Shown here one piece after another: positions 40,335-49,267 of a stretch of DNA of 64,000 nt; positions within the stretch are counted from its first letter, which is position 1; each line of letters starts with the position of its first letter. Source of the DNA: an uncultured Chloroflexia bacterium (lineage in GTDB: Bacteria; Chloroflexota; Anaerolineae; Anaerolineales; UBA4823); contig CAWIYB010000003.1 in assembly GCA_963840255.1 (NCBI GenBank), positions 193,314 through 257,313 on the forward strand, read 5' to 3'. The notes under the pieces were generated by a model. The model did not search any database. It was given only the letters and a program-made list of their open reading frames with translations, and had not been told where the DNA came from. The translations under genes and the position numbers were made by a program.

Positions 40335-41171
40335 TCAGGCACCCCAGACTTCTCGGCGAGGCTCGATTTCCATCCACACGGATAGGGCGGAGACCGCTAC
40401 CAGCATCAACACGATGGCGATGAAATAGGGGTTCATCAGGCTGCCATTATTGAAATCCTGGCGGTGGATGATGCTGCCGATCACCATCAGCACCTGCCCC
40501 AGGATAATTGCCTGCATGTTGTAACGCCAGGCACTCCAGCGCCTCTCCCCATACAAGACGATCCCATCCACTGCGGTGAGCGCCCCCCAGGCGCAGATCG
40601 TCCGGGCGGTGAGCGGGGTCAGCGTCCACGGCCAGATGGAAATCAGCCAGGGCGGGTTGATGAAGCTGACCAGCCAGAACAGCAGGGTGAGGATGCCGAT
40701 CAGGCCAGCGATCTGCCTGACAAGTTTTGGCACTTCCCTGTCGCGGGCTTCCAGCGTGCCGGGGTCAGTCACCCGGTTGTGGTACCACAGCCAGGGGACT
40801 AAAAATGGGGTGATGATGTAGATCACCAGCCATGCTATGAATGAGAAGTTGGAGTGGATGAACCGGTCGTAATGCAGCAGTGTCACCAGCAGCATGCTGG
40901 CCGCAAAGGCGGTCACCGGCAGCAGGCTGATGTGCACCCGGTGCCACAAGCGGCCGAAGATGGCGAACAGGAACATATAGGCACCCGATAGATAGCCGGC
41001 GCCCATAAACACCGCCATGATCTGGGGCTTGATCTCCCAGGCGAAGCTCGTGCGGGTGGTGTGTGGGAAGAAATACAGGATCACGAATGCCGTCACCAGC
41101 ACCAGGACGACGGCTGCCAGGACGATGCGGGTAATGGGGAAGATGCGGTCATCACGTAGGTTACGACTCAT
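40335..41171 (-). CDS. polytopic membrane protein of unknown function
   Basis: About eight hydrophobic segments. No motif recognized. Confidence 0.6.
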   Translation of the reverse strand: MSRNLRDDRIFPITRIVLAAVVLVLVTAFVILYFFPHTTRTSFAWEIKPQIMAVFMGAGYLSGAYMFLFAIFGRLWHRVHISLLPVTAFAASMLLVTLLHYDRFIHSNFSFIAWLVIYIITPFLVPWLWYHNRVTDPGTLEARDREVPKLVRQIAGLIGILTLLFWLVSFINPPWLISIWPWTLTPLTARTICAWGALTAVDGIVLYGERRWSAWRYNMQAIILGQVLMVIGSIIHRQDFNNGSLMNPYFIAIVLMLVAVSALSVWMEIEPRREVWGA

Positions 41172-41294
41172 TGTGTTTTCCTCCTGTTGAGTTTGTGGAT
41201 GGATGAAGTTGTGTGTCGGATATAAAAACCGATATCCGACTATTCAGATGAACTATATTATATAATAAAATTGTCAAGTGTGCTACGGGTGAAT

Positions 41295-41327
41295 GCGTGG
41301 AGGCCCCCCACTGTGGGACGTCTCTAC
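41295..41327. repeat. REP-like palindrome, family A (degenerate 5' arm)
   Basis: GCGTGGAGGCCCCCCactgtGGGACGTCTCTAC. Confidence 0.5.
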
Positions 41328-41360
41328 ACTGATAAATCCAGGTTGGGTTTCGGGCGTACC

Positions 41361-41452
41361 TGTAGGGGCGACCCGCCCGATAGCGTCGAGAAAACGCGGA
41401 CAGCCAGGATTGTGCGGTAGAACGGAACGAAGATGGTCTTGAAGGGTCGCCC
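41361..41452 (+). repeat. 92-nt MITE-like element, family B, copy 1
   Basis: Termini GGGCGACCC...GGGTCGCCC are inverted repeats. By hand count, 79 of 92 positions are identical, ungapped, to the copy at 50856. Confidence 0.85.
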
Positions 41453-41547
41453 ATTAAAAAAAACTGCCCCCCACTGCAACTGGAGAGGGCCTGCCCCTCA
41501 CTGAATCTAGAGGGGGGCCACCCCGCCGAAGCGTCTATCTTTTTTCT

Positions 41548-41583
41548 CCTCCCCTGATTCCCGTTTTTGGGAATCGGGGGAGG
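41548..41583. repeat. G/C-capped hairpin, family C
   Basis: CCTCCCCTGATTCCCgtttttGGGAATCGGGGGAGG. Confidence 0.75.
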
Positions 41584-41687
41584 CGGGAGGGGGGTACGGT
41601 CTTCATATTTTCGCTTTAGGCGTATGTTTATTTTTATAACCTCACCTCCTGGTTCCTTTTTTAGATTTCTCATCTTACGTAGGGAAC

Positions 41688-41715
41688 TTGACTATACATC
41701 AAACTGATGTATAGT
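41688..41715 (+). promoter_or_regulatory. sigma70-like promoter with an embedded dyad, upstream of the LTD gene
   Basis: TTGACT, 16 nt, then TATAGT. The spacer carries CTATACATC-aaact-GATGTATAG. Confidence 0.5.
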
Positions 41716-41774
41716 ATAAGGCAGTAGGATTATTCACCACGTTATTTCGCACAATATACAGGAGGGATGTAGCC

Positions 41775-42302
41775 ATGGTTAGGGGTAAAAAACCAGTTAT
41801 ATTGGCGTCTTTATGCATATTGATTTTAGCATTTCCAATTTATGTTACCTGGGCAGCCAGTGCCGCTGGACATAGTTTTTACCTACCGATCATCAATAAG
41901 GCGAAATCCTCTACGGCGACGTATAGCACGGTCTATCCAACGGTGATCGTCCCAACGAATACACCTCAACCGCCAAATACTGGAAACATTATTATTACAA
42001 ACATTATATATGAAGGTTCAGGACAAAATGAACCGGATGAGTACGTAGACATCCGGAATATTGAACCATACGGAATTCAACTATCCAACTGGACCCTCCG
42101 TGATAATGCCAATCACGTTTTTACTTTCCCAAGTTTTTCTATACTACCAAATCAGACGTGCCGTGTGTATACAAACCAGGATCATCCTGAATATTGTGGG
42201 TTTAATTATGGATCGGGGAATCCCATCTGGAATAATTCTGGCGGAGATTGCGCGTACTTACGCGACGCATCTGATGCGTTGATTGATGAATATTGTTATT
42301 AA
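41775..42302 (+). CDS. secreted lamin-tail-domain (LTD) protein
   Basis: A signal/TM segment, then NEPDEYVDIRNIEPYGIQLSNWTLRDNANHVFTFPSFSILPNQTCRVYT...IWNNSGGDCAYLRDASDALIDEY, which follows the LTD pattern. Confidence 0.7.
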   Translation: MVRGKKPVILASLCILILAFPIYVTWAASAAGHSFYLPIINKAKSSTATYSTVYPTVIVPTNTPQPPNTGNIIITNIIYEGSGQNEPDEYVDIRNIEPYGIQLSNWTLRDNANHVFTFPSFSILPNQTCRVYTNQDHPEYCGFNYGSGNPIWNNSGGDCAYLRDASDALIDEYCY

Positions 42303-42633
42303 TGCGAAAGGGAAATTAGCCTGTAACCATTTATTTGGAAAGACGGTCCACTGGGAAGCCTAATCTTGCGGGGATTGTCTATTTGTAGAGAAGCCATGGT
42401 GAGGCGTATTAGCTTACTAGCAGGTTTTAACATAACTGTTTATTATCTTCTGCTTTTCCCCAAATAATAATTTTCCTTTTCGCAGAAGATTGTTTAAGTA
42501 TTTTTTCGTCTGATGATTATAACAACATATAAATAATTTATATTCGCTAGAATTAAATACTCGAATTAATTGTATTTATTCTTGCATTATCGGAAAGAAT
42601 GTTACACCAACGAACGTAAATGATCTATTTATT

Positions 42634-43371
42634 TTACGGAGTGATAGACTCAATAAATAGATCATAGGTATCTAATACATCTACTGTGCGATTACCAAAA
42701 CTCAAATTCCATTTCTGGAACTCGGGAAATCGGTCCCAAACTTTCTTGTAAAAATTTTTGAATATAAAACGGATAAAGTGCCCAATTGAAATTGGCCCAT
42801 AGACAGGAATTCTGCACTCTCGATTTATTGTTGTTAAATGCGAATTTGGGTGACCCTTTTTTTTAATATTAATATCATAATCAAATCTAATTGGTGATGA
42901 TGCACGTAAAGCACCTTTATAACCAGAAAAATCTAGATCACTTAAACAATTATTCAATTGATCAGCTTCATCCTCTAGGTACGTGTCAAAATATAATAAA
43001 ACATCATCACTTGTTTTGAATTTTTGTTCATCAATTTCAGAAAATAATATTGGAGAAGGATAATACCAGTAACGGTGCTTAATCAATATCTCTCCTTCAA
43101 ACAGACAACAAATCTGAAGTATTGAACCATCATATAACAATCCATTAAAGTAACGATTTTGAATTAGGTATCGATATTCCTGTATTGATGCAAATTCTCC
43201 ACCAAGAATTGTAAATAATGAGTGCGGAGCGCCAGCCCATGTTATTGATGTAGTGTTGTCACCTTCATTATCTCGAATGATAGCCGGTATATAGTCAACA
43301 ATTATTTCTTTGTCGAGAAGTAGTATGAATATTTTATTTATCTCATCCACCATCGAATTTTTATTCATCAT
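42634..43371 (-). CDS. uncharacterized 245-aa partner of the helicase (possibly DUF2290-like)
   Basis: AT-rich gene whose start overlaps the helicase stop codon by 11 nt. No TM segments and no motif I can assign firmly. Its size and context fit the small partner of Helicase+DUF2290-type pairs. Confidence 0.4.
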   Translation of the reverse strand: MMNKNSMVDEINKIFILLLDKEIIVDYIPAIIRDNEGDNTTSITWAGAPHSLFTILGGEFASIQEYRYLIQNRYFNGLLYDGSILQICCLFEGEILIKHRYWYYPSPILFSEIDEQKFKTSDDVLLYFDTYLEDEADQLNNCLSDLDFSGYKGALRASSPIRFDYDINIKKKGHPNSHLTTINRECRIPVYGPISIGHFIRFIFKNFYKKVWDRFPEFQKWNLSFGNRTVDVLDTYDLFIESITP

Positions 43372-45499
43372 TTTCTATATTCTTCAAGAGATCAAGTAAT
43401 TTTGAACGCAATTCTCGCGGTAAATTTTCCGCTGACATGTTTCCCTTTTGTATTTGTTCCACGAAATAGCTCAGGTTCTCCTCAAATTTTTGGTATTTTT
43501 CTCTTTCTTGAGGTGTCATATCGCGATAGAGTTTTCTCATCCTTTCAAGTTCGGGTTCAGTAGGTACTTTGAATGTTAAATTGTAATCATTCTTTTTCAC
43601 TTGCTCAATCTCTAATTTCAACCCTTTCATACCTGATCCACAACCAAATAAGCGTACCCAAGCTTTTGATCGAGTTATTGCAGTGAAAATAATATTTCTG
43701 CGTCTGGTGAGTTCTGTACCTTCAAAGGCATAATCCGAATTGAGTATATATACCATGGGAGCTTCGTTACCTTTCGCTCTATATATACTAGATATAGCTA
43801 TCGCATCATCATTGAATAATTCATCGAGGCTACTTGTAACACCGGCTAAGTGTCCAGGTATACCTAGTTCATTCAACTCTTTTAAAATAGTTACAGCTTC
43901 TTGTTTTGCGGTATATGCTTCCGGAAGGACAATAAGGATGTCGCGCATCTCTAGTTCACCTTCGCTCAAATCTATTTTTATTTGTTTAGCGACGGCTTTT
44001 GCTTGGGCAAATTTATCTGGGAATATCTCGCACTTAATACAATCATTTGGTTCAATTAAACGAGTTATATAGTCTGGATACGAACCCGGACGCCGTTTCA
44101 AATTAACAATATTTCCAGATAAAAACTGACCAGCAACAAGCTCGTATCCAACTTCCTCCCATAGTCCTTTGGGATCATTAAAATATTGAATTAATCCACC
44201 ATCATGGTAGATTCCAAAACCTAGCGCATGTGCGATAGCTAAAGCCCATGGAGTATTTCTGTAGCACACAGGCAAGACAATATCTTGGGATGGATTACCC
44301 TTGATATTCCGCAGCTGTGATACATGAGGATTTCCCTCCTTATCAGATCCGAACAATTCTGATGGATATAACATTGTAAAATTACTTAGATTTTGTAGTT
44401 CATCATAAGCATATATAATTCGTTTCGGTTTTTTCGCGGCTAAATATGCAAGTCTAAAAAAAGAACCGGGAAAGTCTTGAGCTTCATCCACAAGGATTAC
44501 ATCAAATATTGGTTCAAATGCATCCTCATTTATTTCTGTAATTAATTCAGAGCATACTGCATCAAATGCAAAGGCTGTGCTTGTTAACTGTTTTCCATAA
44601 TTAAAATTTTTTGGAGTGATACCTTGTGCTTTAGCCACTTCAGAATAAAATCCCGGTTGACTAACACCTCCCCAAGCGTGGATTATTCTCAAGCGGTTCC
44701 AATCCGGCTCATCATGAATCTGATCCCATGTAAACCGCCTAACCAATTCCTCAAACTGTTGATACAGAGACCGTGTTTGAAAAGTTATAGCTATCGTCCA
44801 ATCCTCATGTATTGCATACAGATATGCGGCCTTGAGAGCTAACACAATTGTTTTCCCAGAGCCGGCCAAGCCGCGGATGCGTTGAACACCATCTGGAGTT
44901 TCAATAGCTGCGTTATTCTGCCATTTATCAAGGTTGTATACTTCTTTTTCAATTGTTTTTAATATTGCGCCTCTTGAGTCATCTTTCTTAATATTTGATC
45001 TTTTTCTTGGAGGCCTAACGTTTGTAACTCTCTCGATAGCGGCATTAATATCTTTTAGCAAATTGTTATCAATCGGATCAAAGCATGTAATTAATTCAAG
45101 AAAGTTATCTAGTCCAGAAATTAATAAATCCTCTTCTTGGATGATTTCGTGAATTTCCGGAACCAAAGTAACAATTTTCACAGGAAATGCTAATTCCCTA
45201 CCATTCATAAGAGATTTATAGCCCTTAAGTTTTATTTCGAGGATTCGATAAAGATCATCTTGTTTTTGCCTAATCGGTTCAAAATTAATTTGTTCCGCGG
45301 TTCTATCATCGAAATCGATGACTATAAGCCCATGTTCTTTACAGATTAATAGAGCGTCTATCACAATTTTATTATCCAAATCTGTTAGAACGGGATATCC
45401 GATGAATAACATCCCATTCAAGTCAGCCTCAGAAAGGAGCGTAATCAATTGCTCTACAGCAAGGGGATTTTTCTTCTGACCAACGGATAAATTAAGCAT
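43361..45499 (-). CDS. NERD-like N-terminal domain fused to an SF1 (UvrD/Rep-like) helicase/ATPase
   Basis: The N-terminus NKIVIDALLICKEHGLIVIDFDD resembles the NERD core but lacks the Lys. Other motifs are Walker A GLAGSGKT, motif II VILVDEAQDF, PVCYRNT, SIYRAKGNEAPMVYI and IFTAITRSKAWVRLFG. Confidence 0.7.
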   Translation of the reverse strand: MLNLSVGQKKNPLAVEQLITLLSEADLNGMLFIGYPVLTDLDNKIVIDALLICKEHGLIVIDFDDRTAEQINFEPIRQKQDDLYRILEIKLKGYKSLMNGRELAFPVKIVTLVPEIHEIIQEEDLLISGLDNFLELITCFDPIDNNLLKDINAAIERVTNVRPPRKRSNIKKDDSRGAILKTIEKEVYNLDKWQNNAAIETPDGVQRIRGLAGSGKTIVLALKAAYLYAIHEDWTIAITFQTRSLYQQFEELVRRFTWDQIHDEPDWNRLRIIHAWGGVSQPGFYSEVAKAQGITPKNFNYGKQLTSTAFAFDAVCSELITEINEDAFEPIFDVILVDEAQDFPGSFFRLAYLAAKKPKRIIYAYDELQNLSNFTMLYPSELFGSDKEGNPHVSQLRNIKGNPSQDIVLPVCYRNTPWALAIAHALGFGIYHDGGLIQYFNDPKGLWEEVGYELVAGQFLSGNIVNLKRRPGSYPDYITRLIEPNDCIKCEIFPDKFAQAKAVAKQIKIDLSEGELEMRDILIVLPEAYTAKQEAVTILKELNELGIPGHLAGVTSSLDELFNDDAIAISSIYRAKGNEAPMVYILNSDYAFEGTELTRRRNIIFTAITRSKAWVRLFGCGSGMKGLKLEIEQVKKNDYNLTFKVPTEPELERMRKLYRDMTPQEREKYQKFEENLSYFVEQIQKGNMSAENLPRELRSKLLDLLKNIENDE

Positions 45500-45694
45500 T
45501 TAAACCACTCCTGTTAGGATAAAAGCAATTTAAATTACAATCGGGTAGTTATTAATGAAATCATTTTTATCTATGCCTAATAATAAATAACGTTTCTCAA
45601 TAAAGCGCACTATCTGCTGTGTGCCTTAAAAATAAATACATCCAAATTTAGAGTGTGAATCAACTTTTTACGGCAATTGCCATCAATTTATTTA

Positions 45695-45799
45695 TCAGTT
45701 TAAAATGGTCTTACGCGGCACGCTCTCGTTGCGCGTCCCACCATACCGGATCATCTGGTCGACCTTGGCATAATACTGCTGTATTAACTGAATGGACAT
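45695..45799 (-). pseudogene. 34-codon remnant resembling the N-terminus of large RM/DNA-methyltransferase-helicase proteins
   Basis: MSIQLIQQYYAKVDQMIRYGGTRNESVPRKTILN*. It sits in a locally G+C-richer patch inside the AT-rich island. The assignment is from memory of the pattern only. Confidence 0.25.
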
Positions 45800-45988
45800 G
45801 GTGTTGTCTTATCGAAAAGAAATTCGGATGGAGAATTATCGGCTGATTCCAGTATAGCATGATTCTTATAACACCCTCAACTTCCTCTCATACTCTTACT
45901 GGAATGATCACTAATTGGGATATATCTATTAGTTGATTTATTTTTCCCCGTTAATTCACCTTTATTTTGGTCATTGGCAAGGCTTTTA

Positions 45989-46912
45989 TTATTTTTCTGT
46001 ATTCTTATGTAATTGAATTAACAATCGTATAAAATTTCCAGTCAGATAAATCATAAACTCAATCTCCTCAGGAGACCAATAATCACCATGTTTCACATTC
46101 TCATTTTGATATATTCGGTAATTTTGGAATAATAACTCATTGAACATATTAACAATCTGTTGATTAATATTTTTTTCTTTTATCCAATATAGTAGTTCCA
46201 TTTTTTGGTTCTCTAATGTCTTCTTATTACCGAGAATGGTTCTTAGTAATTGCTCAAGAGCTAGTCTTAAATTATCCAGCAAATTGCGATATTTATCTAC
46301 ATCTCTCATGCCATAAATTAGAAGTGCTTCTTCAAAATGCTTTAAAACTTTTGGATAATCTTCCAACCATAGAAGATTATCGTTAACCAATTTATCGTCA
46401 AGTAGTTTGGCTCCAGCCGGGTAAAATAAAATTCCTGAATCGCGCTTTATAAGTCTGACATTTAGAGATGGACTTAGGTAAATGGCTTTCTGTACATCTT
46501 CAATAAAGGCATCAACGATATTCCGTGCTTCTGATTCTTCTTCTAGCACCCAAACTAAATATTGTAAAGCAGTAATTAATTGAATAAGCGATGAAGAGTT
46601 TTTTAATGTTATATAGACAATATTTTGAATAAATATACTGTTTTGTTGTTCTTCTTCCCATAACTGGAGTACTGCTCTGCTACCGATAACCGATCTAGGT
46701 TGTATAGGACTACCCATTAAGTATGCGAATTTATCACTAACACCTCTTCTAGATAACAAAAAATTTCCAAGTATCTTATCGGTAGAAAAAAGAATATGAT
46801 TTTGAAAAGATTCAAAATCATTTCTTTCCGAATAATTGATATTCCATCTGCTCCGAAATTGTTTTATTTTTTTTGAAATTTCCATATGAAACCAATTCCT
46901 TTCAATTTTCAA
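45989..46912 (-). CDS. uncharacterized alpha-helical protein (orphan in the island)
   Basis: A 307-aa AT-rich ORF with no TM segments. An alternative start lies at 46885 (MEISKK). No catalytic motif recognized. Confidence 0.5.
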   Translation of the reverse strand: MKIERNWFHMEISKKIKQFRSRWNINYSERNDFESFQNHILFSTDKILGNFLLSRRGVSDKFAYLMGSPIQPRSVIGSRAVLQLWEEEQQNSIFIQNIVYITLKNSSSLIQLITALQYLVWVLEEESEARNIVDAFIEDVQKAIYLSPSLNVRLIKRDSGILFYPAGAKLLDDKLVNDNLLWLEDYPKVLKHFEEALLIYGMRDVDKYRNLLDNLRLALEQLLRTILGNKKTLENQKMELLYWIKEKNINQQIVNMFNELLFQNYRIYQNENVKHGDYWSPEEIEFMIYLTGNFIRLLIQLHKNTEK

Positions 46913-47353
46913 GGATTTCTAGTATAGATTCGACGACTTATTCTCTTGATCAATCCTACCCTCAGAGTATACATATTGTATAGAGTATTATTAGTTTCAA
47001 GCTTTGTCAACCACGAAAAATTTCTTTGAAAAATATAATCTAGATTATTTATAGCCGTAAAAAGTCAGAAATCATAATAATATAATAAACCTTAAATCTT
47101 CATCGCCCTTGTGTTATCAGAATTAGTAATCTCCCAGGTCGGTCAGCGTTCTCCCATATCGCTATAAGTACTTTTGATCATCAAAATCCGTATTTGCGTC
47201 AATATAAAAACCCTGGTGAAGAATCAGCATTTTTCTTTAAAAAGCGAACTTTTTCTCCTGTAAATTCCTTCTTCAACTCGATATAATTCCATATTAAATG
47301 GTATCATATGATTAATAAGATATCTAGAATCGCTATATATCGAGGGGTTTCCA

Positions 47354-49267
47354 ATGGAATCAAAACAATTTAATAAGGCTCCTTTACTATCACGCTATGT
47401 GGTTTTTATCCTCGTTGCCTTTAATTTGCTCGTTTTAATCATCGGGCTATGCATATTATTTTTTTCAAAAAACCCATTCCGTCTTCCTCTCCTGCTTATT
47501 ATTTTCTTTTCTCTACTAATCTCATTATTTGGTGTTGCAATATTGAGTTATTTTTACAATAAGCAAGTTACCGTAAAAGAAAAACAGCATATATTACGTA
47601 CTTCTAAAAAGTTGGATTCGGAAATCGGGAGAATTGCGAGTGATGTTAATCTTCATATTACTAAAAAGTCTAATCTGCTTCAAGACAGAGATGCCGCATT
47701 ATCTAAACGCAGGAATGAATTCTCACAAAAAATTCGACATCTAAATAGGCATCGAAACGAGATTTCCTTATCTGAAAGTAATGAGATATCTTCGACCCTA
47801 TCTCACCTTCAGAATTCTTATATCAATCAGGGTTTACGTTTAGCCTTAATTAAGGATGCCAATATCTCAGGGATTGGGCCCAAGTTCAAGGAGCGCCTTA
47901 TAAAAAATGGTGTTATATGTGCCGCTCAGGTATCCTCTGAACGACTGAGTAACATTCCAGGGTTTGGAGAAGCAAAAGTTAGCAGTGTTGTTGCATGGCG
48001 GAGATATGTTGAAGCTGGCTTAGCTTCTTCTAAACCTGTTCGCGTGCCACCGGAAGTTGAAGAAAAGATTAGATCAAAACATGCGCAAGAACAATTAAAA
48101 GTCAATCAGGAAGAAAATATTGCTAAATTAGACCTGGAGACTGATTTAACAACGATTAAACAACGATATGATCATATGATCGTCGAAAACGATCAGGCCA
48201 GGTCGTTGGCTATAAAAAAACTAGCCACACATAGAGAAAATGCTGTTTATCTTGGAAACCAACTTAGGCTTTACGAGAAAATCACTCCAATAAGCTATTT
48301 GAGACACTTACTGTCTATTGATTCATCAATATCTGGTAAATTATTATTTGGCGCATACTCCTCAGTATTAATCTTGATTCCTCTTACCTTCATATTCCTA
48401 GGTACTGGGACAACTTTTTCTATGATCGTTGACTCGATTCCAACCCATACTTCAACACCAACAATAACACCTACAGCTACTTCAACCCAAACTCACACTC
48501 CAACATATACATTTACACCCTCAAAAACTCCAACGATAACCCTCACACCTACTCCATCTAACACTCCCACGATTACTCCCACTCCAACAATAACACCCAC
48601 CCCTACTCCAACTCTTATTCCTACCGAGACTCAAAGACCTTTGCCAACTTTACCCATCAATGTCGAATCTTGTATACCACGAAATACCCTTCGTCAGGTT
48701 GGTTATGTTGTCGGGGTAACAGACGGAGACACCATTGTGGTCACTCTCGAAGATGGTAATAATTATGAGGTTCGTTATATTGGTATGGATACTCCTGAAC
48801 AAGGAGATGTTGGTTATGGACCAGCTACGGTCCGAAATACCGAGCTTGTCTATGGAAAGAACGTTACATTGGTTCGTGATGTCTCTGAAATTGATCAATA
48901 CAAACGTCTTCTTCGATATGTGATCGTCGGTAACACGTTTGTAAATTACGAATTAGTAAAATCTGGTCTGGCGACCGCATATCGATATCCGCCGGATGTT
49001 TCATGTGCCTCAGCGTATTCAGAGGCTGAAAACTATGCAAGAACAAATCAGTTAGGTTTGTGGATTCCTGCTCCTGCTCCACTTCCGACAAATCCTCCGG
49101 GCAATGGTGGTGGAAATTGTGATCCTGCCTATCCGACAGTGTGTATACCTTCTCCACCACCTGATCTTGATTGCCCAGATATTCAATATCGTCGATTTCA
49201 AGTCCTTCCGTCTGATCCGCATAATTTTGACGGGGATCATGATGGAATCGGTTGCGAGTCAGGTTAA
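47354..49267 (+). CDS. membrane-anchored modular nuclease: 2 TM, coiled coil, HhH, TM, PT linker, SNase (thermonuclease) domain, Excalibur-like Ca-binding tail
   Basis: HhH-like GIGPKFKERLIKNGV...IPGFGEAKVSSV, a PT linker TPTITPTATSTQTHTPT...TPTPT, an SNase core VTDGDTIVVTLEDGNNYEVRYIGMDTPE...YKRLLRYV...ELVKSGLA, and the tail DGDHDGIGCES. Confidence 0.75.
   Translation: MESKQFNKAPLLSRYVVFILVAFNLLVLIIGLCILFFSKNPFRLPLLLIIFFSLLISLFGVAILSYFYNKQVTVKEKQHILRTSKKLDSEIGRIASDVNLHITKKSNLLQDRDAALSKRRNEFSQKIRHLNRHRNEISLSESNEISSTLSHLQNSYINQGLRLALIKDANISGIGPKFKERLIKNGVICAAQVSSERLSNIPGFGEAKVSSVVAWRRYVEAGLASSKPVRVPPEVEEKIRSKHAQEQLKVNQEENIAKLDLETDLTTIKQRYDHMIVENDQARSLAIKKLATHRENAVYLGNQLRLYEKITPISYLRHLLSIDSSISGKLLFGAYSSVLILIPLTFIFLGTGTTFSMIVDSIPTHTSTPTITPTATSTQTHTPTYTFTPSKTPTITLTPTPSNTPTITPTPTITPTPTPTLIPTETQRPLPTLPINVESCIPRNTLRQVGYVVGVTDGDTIVVTLEDGNNYEVRYIGMDTPEQGDVGYGPATVRNTELVYGKNVTLVRDVSEIDQYKRLLRYVIVGNTFVNYELVKSGLATAYRYPPDVSCASAYSEAENYARTNQLGLWIPAPAPLPTNPPGNGGGNCDPAYPTVCIPSPPPDLDCPDIQYRRFQVLPSDPHNFDGDHDGIGCESG

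Noticed and set aside
41161-41673. 170-aa minus-strand ORF.
   Set aside because: It is composed almost entirely of read-through of dispersed repeats (families A, B and C), and the translation is not protein-like.
45655-45846. 63-aa plus-strand ORF in the helicase/orphan spacer.
   Set aside because: It has no RBS and an odd composition. The opposite strand gives a more protein-like, though only 34-codon, fragment.
46000-46300. A HEPN Rx4-6H motif in the 307-aa island protein.
   Set aside because: The only candidate (R-IYQNENVK-H) has the wrong spacing, so no HEPN call is made.
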